Positions 18,281 through 25,892 of a DNA stretch of 64,000 bases are shown here, piece by piece. Source of the stretch: a virus (taxonomy: Duplodnaviria; Caudoviricetes). Made by a program: the position numbers and the translations under genes. The stretch lies in the IMG/VR virus record IMGVR_UViG_3300028833_003520. One strand, written 5' to 3'. Under the pieces are notes generated by a model. That model saw only the letters and a program-made list of their open reading frames with translations. It was not told the DNA's origin and did not search any database. Positions within the stretch are counted from its first letter, which is position 1, and every line of letters begins with the position of its first letter.

Positions 18281-19510
18281 ATGCCTAATTACAAGAGAGG
18301 TCGTATGGGACCTGATAAGTATTTTGATTACTTAGTAGAGCAAGATGAACAGCGTGTTCGTAATGAGAAGGTCGATTCTATACGAGAGACTATCTTTGGA
18401 CCTGCATCATATCAGTCACAGGCAGACGAGGAAAGAACTCAGAGGCAAACAGAGTTTGCTAAACTTGTCCTTGACGGTAAGATGGACTATAGCAGAGCCA
18501 AAGCCAATTATGTTAATAAAAACACGGCTGTAGATTACGAGTGGTTAGCCACGAGAACTGATTCTCAATTGAACAAAGGATTGTTTCTTCGACAGAGATT
18601 TCAGCAGGATGCAAGCGAAGATGAATCCGCTTTGAAGAAGAATATTGAGAATATTAAGAATGAACCCTGTGTATATTTGAGTACGTGCCGTGAGTTACGT
18701 ATAGAGCCAACATCGAATCGTAGCGAAGTGCTTAAACATAAGAGCGATTATGTAGCGTCCTTTGATACGGATGAGGAAGACTTTTTGCGTAAAAAGGCGG
18801 CTGAGTTGGAGTCAAATCCTAATCAGTTGAAAGATTATCTGAGTGTGGCTGCACAGGAAGAGATAATGGATATGCGTGCCAGTGATGAGTGGGTGAAGGC
18901 AAATGGCGGCATACATTTGGATAATGCTAAAAAGTATGGCGAAGGCATTAGACATTTGGATGAGCCGATTCGTTATATGAGCAAATCGTCACAGCAGATG
19001 TTTTATCAGTCCATTATGGATTATATGAAGGAGTCTGCGTTGGGTCCTGATAAGAATCATCCGCTATTTGATAGACCACATAGTTTCACACCTGACCAAG
19101 AAGCAGAATTGCTTTGTAGGTCTAATAAGTGGTATGCGAAGGATTTTGATGCGGCGTATGATACGGCATTCCATAAAGACGGACCTTTGTTCCCGTATCA
19201 GTTTGTTAATCACAGTGGTATGAAACTTAATGAGCAGATGGTTCGTATTCCTGATGATAAGTTACCGAAGGAGCGTTCTTACTTTACAGGTAAATTTGCG
19301 TCTTTGGGATATATTAAACCGAATCCCGATACTGAGAGTGCAATGAAGAAGCAAGAAGGTAGTGCACGTAGGATGCCTGAAACTCTTGCAGATATTCAGC
19401 CGAACCCTGATAGCGTAACGAATAAGCAAGATGATAGTGCACGCAGGATGCCTAAAACTCTTGCAGATATTAAACCGAATCCGAATAACGGTATGCAGTT
19501 AGGAGAGTAA
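18281..19510 (+). CDS. Hypothetical protein with duplicated RRMP tail ending QLGE
   Basis: AAGGAG RBS; SARRMPETLAD / SARRMPKTLAD. Confidence 0.85.
   Translation: MPNYKRGRMGPDKYFDYLVEQDEQRVRNEKVDSIRETIFGPASYQSQADEERTQRQTEFAKLVLDGKMDYSRAKANYVNKNTAVDYEWLATRTDSQLNKGLFLRQRFQQDASEDESALKKNIENIKNEPCVYLSTCRELRIEPTSNRSEVLKHKSDYVASFDTDEEDFLRKKAAELESNPNQLKDYLSVAAQEEIMDMRASDEWVKANGGIHLDNAKKYGEGIRHLDEPIRYMSKSSQQMFYQSIMDYMKESALGPDKNHPLFDRPHSFTPDQEAELLCRSNKWYAKDFDAAYDTAFHKDGPLFPYQFVNHSGMKLNEQMVRIPDDKLPKERSYFTGKFASLGYIKPNPDTESAMKKQEGSARRMPETLADIQPNPDSVTNKQDDSARRMPKTLADIKPNPNNGMQLGE
19349..19483 (+). repeat. 75-bp-period direct repeat duplicating the RRMP tail
   Basis: AAGCAAGA...AGTGCACG.AGGATGCCT.AAACTCTTGCAGATATT at 19349 and 19424. 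Confidence 0.85.
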
Positions 19511-19514
19511 TGAT

Positions 19515-20189
19515 ATGGCTAATAAAAAAGCGAAGAAGAGTCTTGCCAAGACGAATACGAAGCCGTCTGTTAAGAAGTCAAATGGTGGTGAATCCAAGAC
19601 TGTAGCGAGTGAGCGAAAGGAAGAGATGAACCTCGATTTAGGTGTCTATGCTGATGGTACTCCGAAGGATGATAAGTTTGCAAAGGCAAAGCAGTTGAAG
19701 GACAAGGGTAATAAGGATGTTACTGATGGCGTTGTAAATCAAGCCAAGAATGCACCTGGACTTGCCATTGGTATTCTCACGACCGCAGGTACTTTAGGCG
19801 GTGGAGCCGTTGTTGGTGTACCGATGATAGTCGGTGCGGCACCTGGTATTATCAAAGGCAAGTATCAGGAAACGAAGGGCAAGATTGAGTTGGCTCAGAG
19901 TGGAATAGAAGCCAATAAGGTTATGAAAGATAATGATATGACGAAGGAAGAAAAGAAGGCGGCTCGTCGTGAGTTAGCCGAGTACAATAAGGATTCAGTC
20001 AAGCGTGCTATTAAGTCCAAGCCTGAGGAAGTTAAGAAGACTCTTGATGATACGAAGGATGCTTTAAGTCAGATTGCAGAGGAAACGAAGAAGTCTGATG
20101 TACACGCAAAGCGTGTAAAACAGGCTAATAGCAGATTGAGTATTCCTGAAACAAGTTCAGTAAACAAGGGTGTTGAACTTGGCGAATAA
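19515..20189 (+). CDS. Hypothetical protein with Gly-rich hydrophobic segment; ends ELGE
   Basis: GLAIGILTTAGTLGGGAVVGVPMIVGAAPG; tail SRLSIPE...ELGE. Confidence 0.8.
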   Translation: MANKKAKKSLAKTNTKPSVKKSNGGESKTVASERKEEMNLDLGVYADGTPKDDKFAKAKQLKDKGNKDVTDGVVNQAKNAPGLAIGILTTAGTLGGGAVVGVPMIVGAAPGIIKGKYQETKGKIELAQSGIEANKVMKDNDMTKEEKKAARRELAEYNKDSVKRAIKSKPEEVKKTLDDTKDALSQIAEETKKSDVHAKRVKQANSRLSIPETSSVNKGVELGE

Positions 20190-20217
20190 GCCGAGAATAT
20201 AAAGTACAGTGTTGGCG

Positions 20218-20257
20218 TAAATAGTCTGGGTGCATAGTCGCTCAGACTATTTATTTT
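20218..20257 (+). terminator. Intrinsic terminator
   Basis: TAAATAGTCTGGGTG...CGCTCAGACTATTTA-TTTT. Confidence 0.75.
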
Positions 20258-20265
20258 GAAAAATG

Positions 20266-20295
20266 TTGACAAAACTATGGTTTTATCTATATAAT
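20266..20295 (+). promoter_or_regulatory. Consensus sigma-A promoter of the RHH gene
   Basis: TTGACA-18bp-TATAAT; spacer contains the dyad AAAAC-TATG-GTTTT. Confidence 0.7.
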
Positions 20296-20329
20296 TGATT
20301 TCAAGAATAGGGAAAGAGAGGTGATAGAA

Positions 20330-20710
20330 ATGGCAAGACCTAAAAAGGACGGACATTCAATCAATGTATATCTTGATGAAATGCAGTATAAGAATTTGGC
20401 TGCATTTGCTACTATGTCAGGTATGACAAAGACCTCTATTCTTGAAGAGGCTTTGAAGCGTTTTCTGGCTCCTTATTGTGAGGACGAGGAAATTAAAGCC
20501 GTACCTGCATTGCTTATCAAGGGCAATTCTGAACTTGATAAGAAGATGGCAGAAAACGAGGGTAGAGAGGTTACGATTACTGAGACTCCTTGTTTTGTAT
20601 TAAGTCAGGAAACGGTCTTTAATCAGCCTTATTATCGAATTTATGAACCGTCAATATCTCAGATGATGAAGGTTCCGATAGAACATATTAGGTTTCCTTC
20701 GAAATCTTGA
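20330..20710 (+). CDS. Ribbon-helix-helix (CopG/Arc-like) DNA-binding protein with C-terminal extension
   Basis: MARPKK..HSINVYLD...L...A...GMTKTSILEEALKRFL; GAGGTG RBS. Confidence 0.75.
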   Translation: MARPKKDGHSINVYLDEMQYKNLAAFATMSGMTKTSILEEALKRFLAPYCEDEEIKAVPALLIKGNSELDKKMAENEGREVTITETPCFVLSQETVFNQPYYRIYEPSISQMMKVPIEHIRFPSKS

Positions 20711-20716
20711 TTTACA

Positions 20717-20745
20717 TTGACAATCTCCATATATGGCGTTATACT
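20717..20745 (+). promoter_or_regulatory. Sigma-A promoter with CCATATATGG palindrome (copy 5)
   Basis: TTGACA-17bp-TATACT; palindrome at 20727-20736; identical to copy 4 over 29 nt. Confidence 0.88.
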
Positions 20746-20787
20746 GTTTTTATAGTATGACGCCATATTTTTATTGAAAGGAAGTCA

Positions 20788-22140
20788 TTGAGTATGGAAG
20801 AAAAAGATATTAAAACTTTATCGTTAGACTATAATTTGTCGCTCGAAGAGCAGACAAAACAGATAAAGGATTATGCTAAAACGGTTAAGGATAGGTCTTT
20901 CCGAGTACAGTATAAAAACAACGAAGAATTCGTTGATTGTGTAAGCATTGTTGATTCGAATAGACGTGTTGATGCTTATGGTAAAGAGCATCCCCTTCCA
21001 CACGTAAAACCGTTTTCAGTTGTTGACGTTTGGTATGAGAATGATGTCAATGGTAGAGGAACAGAGTTACTTGAAGACCAAATGTCAATAGACGGCGTAG
21101 CAGAAGAATATAAGAACCAATCTGATTGGCAGAAGGATGTGTATATGTCAAAAGCAGTAAAGAGTAGCGATTCAGTTTTTGCATATACACAAGAGGATGT
21201 TAAGACTATTGAGCATTTAACTCCTGGTCAGATGAGTGATATGAATAGACGGATTAAACGCACTTTGTTTTTGAATGCTGATTCAAATCTTTCGCAGCAA
21301 TCAATGGCAATAAACAAGTTTGCAAAGAATGGTAATTTTGGCACGTTTTTCGTGGAATATGTTGATAAAGACGGTTTTTGTGTTGATTCAACGATGGCTG
21401 TGGATTTGAGAAAGAATCTGGAAGACGAACCTGATAGGTTTGACTTTTATGGTGATGACCGTCTTGCCAGAAACGTAAGCGTGAGTGAGTTCGTTGAACT
21501 TCGTGAGAAACAGCCGTTTTCACCTAATCACGAACTTACAATGACATCGTATAAAGGTTATGCTGATGAGAAGGCTTTTCAGGAGAATAAGGGTGTTGAT
21601 GTATGCTACCTTTATGATGAGAAAAGGAAGGCTAATAAGCCTGTTCTTTTTATCACTTCTGTAAAGGAACGTGACGGTTTTATTAAACCTCATTCGAACG
21701 GTGGTACAAAATTTGATGGCGAAGCCTATAAATCAAGGCTACCGTATCAGTATAAAGATTGGAAGGTTTTCTTCCACGAGTCTTATGATGATGTGACATC
21801 TGCTATGGCTGCTATGAAAGAGCGTATGGATTCGTTTAGTAAATATAGTCGTACACCTGATTGGAAACAGATGGTGGACTATTATGGTGTAAAATGTACA
21901 AGTGTAGTAGCAGATGTTTATGATAAGAGATTACCTAAGATGTTCAATGAAAATTGCATTGTGAATACAAATGTGGCTTCGAAGAAAGGCGGTATTCCAA
22001 CGACGAATGTTCAGCGTGGTAACGATGAACCAAGGAAGTCAGGAATGCCGACTACAAATGTTAATCCAGAGAAGCCAAAGCGTAGATTACCTTCTATGCC
22101 GACGACAAGTGCAGATAGTGAATGTCAGTTAGGAGAGTAA
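20788..22140 (+). CDS. Hypothetical protein with RRLP...QLGE tail
   Basis: 450 aa (start TTG 20788 or ATG 20794); three [IM]PTT repeats in the tail. Confidence 0.85.
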   Translation: MSMEEKDIKTLSLDYNLSLEEQTKQIKDYAKTVKDRSFRVQYKNNEEFVDCVSIVDSNRRVDAYGKEHPLPHVKPFSVVDVWYENDVNGRGTELLEDQMSIDGVAEEYKNQSDWQKDVYMSKAVKSSDSVFAYTQEDVKTIEHLTPGQMSDMNRRIKRTLFLNADSNLSQQSMAINKFAKNGNFGTFFVEYVDKDGFCVDSTMAVDLRKNLEDEPDRFDFYGDDRLARNVSVSEFVELREKQPFSPNHELTMTSYKGYADEKAFQENKGVDVCYLYDEKRKANKPVLFITSVKERDGFIKPHSNGGTKFDGEAYKSRLPYQYKDWKVFFHESYDDVTSAMAAMKERMDSFSKYSRTPDWKQMVDYYGVKCTSVVADVYDKRLPKMFNENCIVNTNVASKKGGIPTTNVQRGNDEPRKSGMPTTNVNPEKPKRRLPSMPTTSADSECQLGE

Positions 22141-22142
22141 GT

Positions 22143-23015
22143 ATGAGTGTTATTACAGTTCACGGTGTTAAAGGTACTGTTGGTGATAAACCGTTATTTG
22201 ATAAGTTAGTTGAAGATGGTGTTATTCACGAAGGAACTTTATGGTCACCGAAGCGTAAACAGGAAGTTCAGTTTAACAGTATTCTTGATTATCAGAAGTG
22301 CACGGATGCAGTCAAGGCTATGATTGCTGAACGCTGTGCGAATGATGTGCTAAAGTTTCGTAAGAATAATGAAGGCAGAGTTACTGAAGCAGATATCGAA
22401 GAGTATGCGAAGCATTCGAGTGTTGAGCAGTTCAATATGCCTGTTAGCAAGGGTAATGATGGTTCTGTGGTATGGTCTTTGAATTATTGTTATGATGACA
22501 CACCTTTAACGGCAATAAGTACACTTTATCCTGATACACGGTTTGAGTATTATGCAAGCACTGAAGGACATTTAGACACATCTTGTTATGTAAAGAACGA
22601 TAAGTTGTGTAATAAAGATGGTAAGTATTTTGACAAGTATATGCTTGTCAATAAGAGTGCTATCCGAAAAGTGCGAGATAGTGATTCTATGCAAGTTAAT
22701 ATATGGGTGGATTCAAAGGACAAACAGTCTGCAAAATTCTATGTTAAGGAAGATGCAGTTGAGGTGTCTGATTTGACTGGAACTCATAGTTGGCAAGCAG
22801 ATAAGCGTAAGATATTTATCGAAGATAAGAGTAAACCGATTACGCTGTATCGAACACTGGAGAATGGTGAGCGTTCTAAGGAAGAGTGGATGCTTGACGA
22901 TTTAGTCAAAGCAGTCGATGACTGTAAGAACGATTATCGGAAGCGTAAAGCAGAAGAGAAGGCAAATCAGATAACTGGTCCACAGACTGATAATCAGCAG
23001 CAGATTGGAGAGTGA
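22143..23015 (+). CDS. Hypothetical protein ending QIGE
   Basis: ATG 22143 after AGGAG within the previous gene's end. Confidence 0.8.
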   Translation: MSVITVHGVKGTVGDKPLFDKLVEDGVIHEGTLWSPKRKQEVQFNSILDYQKCTDAVKAMIAERCANDVLKFRKNNEGRVTEADIEEYAKHSSVEQFNMPVSKGNDGSVVWSLNYCYDDTPLTAISTLYPDTRFEYYASTEGHLDTSCYVKNDKLCNKDGKYFDKYMLVNKSAIRKVRDSDSMQVNIWVDSKDKQSAKFYVKEDAVEVSDLTGTHSWQADKRKIFIEDKSKPITLYRTLENGERSKEEWMLDDLVKAVDDCKNDYRKRKAEEKANQITGPQTDNQQQIGE

Positions 23016-23019
23016 CAGT

Positions 23020-23331
23020 ATGAGTGGTTTTATTTTAACAACGAAGTCAGGTAGTATTTACACCTTTGAGAAGAACAAGGATAATCCGTATCACACAATG
23101 TCGAGTGAAAAATTCGGTAAGAAAGAAGTGAGTGTTGATAGTGCAGTTATGTGTGGTGCTCCTTTTCAGTTTACTTGCACCGATAATGAGATGAATGGCG
23201 ATTTGAGAGGTAAGCCGATTAGAACATCTGTTGTTGAAAAGATTAGATGTTTTGATGACCAACCGAGAAGACTTCCTGATGTGCCTATACAGCAGACTGG
23301 ATATTCGGCACAGCAGGGTTATGGTGAGTAA
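23020..23331 (+). CDS. Hypothetical protein with RRLPDVP...YGE tail
   Basis: ATG 23020 after GGAG. Confidence 0.8.
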   Translation: MSGFILTTKSGSIYTFEKNKDNPYHTMSSEKFGKKEVSVDSAVMCGAPFQFTCTDNEMNGDLRGKPIRTSVVEKIRCFDDQPRRLPDVPIQQTGYSAQQGYGE

Positions 23332-23373
23332 AAAAAAAAAGAGAGGCAACTCGATTGAGTTGTCTCTCTTTTT
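23330..23373. terminator. Bidirectional terminator where the two arms converge
   Basis: A-tract, AGAGAGGCAACTC-GATT-GAGTTGTCTCTCT, T-tract. Confidence 0.9.
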
Positions 23374-23375
23374 GC

Positions 23376-23555
23376 TTAACGTCTTTCCTTTAAGAAAGTC
23401 TTGCTATCCATTCCGTTCATATCGGCGGCACGTTTGATAATCTTTTTCTTATCACCGTGAACGCCAGGAATGGGAGTCTGCTTGGGGTCCGAGGCACTGC
23501 AGATGCCGTATTCTTTTGAACCCTTAATTTTTACGATATCGTAAGTTAATGCCAT
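23376..23555 (-). CDS. Small basic protein (59 aa, not in ORF track)
   Basis: AGAAAGGA RBS; MALTYDIVKIKGSKEYGICS...FLKERR. Confidence 0.7.
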   Translation of the reverse strand: MALTYDIVKIKGSKEYGICSASDPKQTPIPGVHGDKKKIIKRAADMNGMDSKTFLKERR

Positions 23556-23613
23556 TCACATATGTTTTCCTTTCTTTAGATTTGATGAAAGACGTATTCA
23601 TTACATCAAGACT

Positions 23614-23697
23614 ACTGATTTAAGGAAGTTGCCTCTCGCTCTGGACAGCGTTCATAACTCAATATTAGGGCAACCTATCTTCCAGCCTTAAATCAGC
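23614..23697 (-). ncRNA. Small structured RNA with potential pseudoknot
   Basis: P1 GCUGAUUUAAGG/CCUUAAAUCAGU; P2 AGGUUGCC/GGCAACUU; hairpin CGCU-GUCCAG-AGCG whose loop can pair with the CUGGA bulge; G-U pairs indicate the - strand. Confidence 0.55.
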
Positions 23698-23717
23698 ACT
23701 ATTCATATAATGAGGCT

Positions 23718-23756
23718 AAAAAAATAGACCATACGGTTTTCCGTATAGTCTATTTT
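23718..23756 (-). terminator. Terminator of the large ncRNA
   Basis: AAAATAGACTATACGG-AAAA-CCGTATGGTCTATTTT-TTT on the - strand. Confidence 0.85.
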
Positions 23757-23779
23757 AGGGTAGAAGGGTTGGAATCGTC

Positions 23780-24462
23780 AATTAACATTACAGTATATTA
23801 TATCTGGCTTTTTATCACCTACACCATCTGCACTACTGTTTATCACGCTAATAGGAACACAAGTCTGAGCATAGGCAGGCAACTCCTATACTTCTTGCGT
23901 TGAGCCGAGGCTCCATAGCCTATGAGGGATTGATACCCCCAGCCGTCACCCACTTGGACGAATCCAAGCAAAACCATTCAGAAGAAGTAGGGATATTTCA
24001 TATTCCTAAAAAATCGTCATCTTCTTCCGCCTTGGGCTACAGACAAGTGTGGCTTGCGTTATAGTCACCATTACAGTGACATCACGGCGAATCATCTTGG
24101 GGTGCATTCCCAACAGAGCATCCTCATTTGCGGTGAGGTGGGTAGTAATTAGACGAGTCTAATACTACGCTTATTGGGTTATTCTCCCACAGGGAGCGTC
24201 TATTGCGATGACCACAAGCCCACTTACGCTAACATCATACAGGTGTGTGCTATGTCCCGTGAAACGAATATTGTTATACCGCTTGAACGATGGTCACCCA
24301 AGAATCGACAGTTCCAAATGGAAACCCAAATGGAAGAGCGACGTTCAAATTGCCCACAAGAGAAGTATCCTTCTCTATCAGGCTTTTTCGGTGGGACGTA
24401 CCTCAGCAGGGTGGTTAACCCTTCGTGCACTGAGTTACATATAACACACTGTAATGTCAATT
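23780..24462 (-). ncRNA. Large (~680 nt) structured ncRNA, ROOL-like candidate
   Basis: 24-bp closing helix (24439-24462 with 23780-23803; the three non-WC pairs are all G-U on the - strand); many internal hairpins (CUUGGA-UUCG-UCCAAG, GAGAAG-GAUA-CUUCUC, GUAGUAUUAGAC/GUCUAAUUACUAC); flanked by terminators; no credible ORF. Family assignment rests on size and context only. Confidence 0.78.
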
Positions 24463-24512
24463 CACAACAAAAGTTTTATGAAAAACCGAGTAGGTTTTGA
24501 ATTTAAGGGGAC

Positions 24513-24539
24513 AAAAAGAGGGAGATTTCTCTCCCTCTT
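24513..24539 (-). terminator. Terminator after thyX
   Basis: AAGAGGGAGA-GAAA-TCTCCCTCTT-TTT on the - strand. Confidence 0.85.
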
Positions 24540-24602
24540 AATGCTCCGAAGTTTTCACAGAATGTTTGGAACAATATGTATCAACTGTTCTGTGAACTTC
24601 AC

Positions 24603-25607
24603 TTACTGTATTCTTCCGTTAGATGCTTTAACAAGCAGGGGATAAGCAATCTTCATTACTTCGACCATCTGAGGATGAGGCTTGCCTGTAACACCGTGAC
24701 AACGAAGGTTTACGATATGCTGCCACTCACGTTCAGTAGCCGTGATGAAAATCTCGGTCTTGAGTGAGTTAGGCAGTACGCTACGAGCCTCTTGCGGTGT
24801 AGCACCTTTCTCAATGAGTTCGAAGTAAGCCTTTTCACAAGCCTTGCAAGCATTCTTCCAAATCTTGTATTCCTCGCTACTTGTATTCCAGTAGAAAGGT
24901 TCAATGACAGTGATTTCTTCACCGAACTGACCTTTTGTATAGTTGCAGTAGCGTGTGGATTCCTGACCGAAAGATGCAGGTCTGTGTCGCACGAATTCGT
25001 GAGAAACTCCTCTGTCACAAGTGAAAAGAACTGTGTGAACGATGAAATCGGAAGGTTCATCTCCAGAAATTGTGTTAGCAACTTCGTCACGAGGGACAAC
25101 TCTGACAAGAGGACTCTCGTTAAGTTCTTTCTCAATGATAGAGAAGGACATTACGTTATCTTCCTTACAAGTTTCGGTAATTGCAGGGAAGAGTTCAGGG
25201 TAAGCGGCGTGAAGAGCGTGCTGAATGCCGTGTCCGTCACCGACAACAATACCTGTATTAACGAAATCCATCCAAGTGCGGAATGAAGCCATAACGATGC
25301 CTGATACTTCGTCAAATTTCATATAGTTACGCATTGCGTAACGAGGATGCTGGTCAGCGTGTGCAGTCATTGTTGCCCAAATATCTTTCGCAAGATTCTT
25401 TCTGCGGTCGATATAGGCAAGATAGATGTCCTCGTGTTCGAGCATAGCACCGTGCTTGTGTGCAGCGAGACCTTTGACAAATCCGACGGCAGATTCGGGC
25501 GTAATCTTGTCTTCAGACTTGTAACAAGTGCGTCCGACCTTTTCGATAAAGGCATAGGGATGCACATTGTGTTCAATCAGTTGAGCATTAGGTTTGATAA
25601 TGTTCAT
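24603..25607 (-). CDS. thyX: FAD-dependent thymidylate synthase
   Basis: GRTCYKSE, H.AMLEH, RGVSHEFVRHRPASFGQESTRY, EARSVLP, HPQM. Confidence 0.95.
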   Translation of the reverse strand: MNIIKPNAQLIEHNVHPYAFIEKVGRTCYKSEDKITPESAVGFVKGLAAHKHGAMLEHEDIYLAYIDRRKNLAKDIWATMTAHADQHPRYAMRNYMKFDEVSGIVMASFRTWMDFVNTGIVVGDGHGIQHALHAAYPELFPAITETCKEDNVMSFSIIEKELNESPLVRVVPRDEVANTISGDEPSDFIVHTVLFTCDRGVSHEFVRHRPASFGQESTRYCNYTKGQFGEEITVIEPFYWNTSSEEYKIWKNACKACEKAYFELIEKGATPQEARSVLPNSLKTEIFITATEREWQHIVNLRCHGVTGKPHPQMVEVMKIAYPLLVKASNGRIQ

Positions 25608-25625
25608 AGTGTATTTTGTCCTTTC

Positions 25626-25892
25626 TTATAAAATGCTACCATCGGGATTGAGAACTGTTTTTCCTATCTTGGTGATTTTGTTGGTATCACCTTCAACAGC
25701 AAGAATCATAGACGAGTTTATCTGATATGAACCGTCGATGTATTCGCCGTCTTTGAGAGGCAGTTTCTCAATGTTTTCGTTTACTGTAGCAATAGCCTCG
25801 TCAAGAGACTTTGCTTTTACAGTAACAGTGGAGTACATACTCCATTCAACAGGAATTGTATAATCCTTGATTTCATTATTCGGATTCGACAT
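25626..25892 (-). CDS. Hypothetical protein
   Basis: AAGGAGGA RBS before ATG 25892; V.AKSLDEAI motif common in phage small proteins. Confidence 0.7.
   Translation of the reverse strand: MSNPNNEIKDYTIPVEWSMYSTVTVKAKSLDEAIATVNENIEKLPLKDGEYIDGSYQINSSMILAVEGDTNKITKIGKTVLNPDGSIL

Noticed and set aside
1406-20745. Repeated ~30-bp motif as a CRISPR array or iterons
   Set aside because: Copies are kilobases apart, each precedes an RBS and gene and has -35/-10 geometry; no cas genes are seen.
12360-23331. RR motif as a Tat signal, or LPxxx as a sortase LPxTG motif
   Set aside because: The motif is C-terminal with no hydrophobic h-region or TM anchor and no basic end.
14120-23331. Terminal GE as a mere by-product of the next gene's Shine-Dalgarno (GGAGAG)
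   Set aside because: It does double as an RBS at 14140, 19510, 22140 and 23015. However, GE is also kept in operon-terminal genes with non-GGAG codons (GGCGAA at 20189, GGTGAG at 23331), so this is at most a partial explanation.
23330-23340. Poly-A run as a phase-variable tract or retro-insertion scar
   Set aside because: It is the - strand U-tract of the bidirectional terminator.
23780-24462. tmRNA, RNase P, tRNA cluster or group I/II intron
   Set aside because: No tRNA-like ends or T-loops, no GAGGAAAGUCC, no domain V, and no interrupted host gene.
24174-24767. Short ORFs 24174-24500, 24208-24444, 24224-24460, 24454-24645 and 24576-24767
   Set aside because: No RBS, atypical composition, and they overlap the structured RNA, a terminator or thyX antisense.
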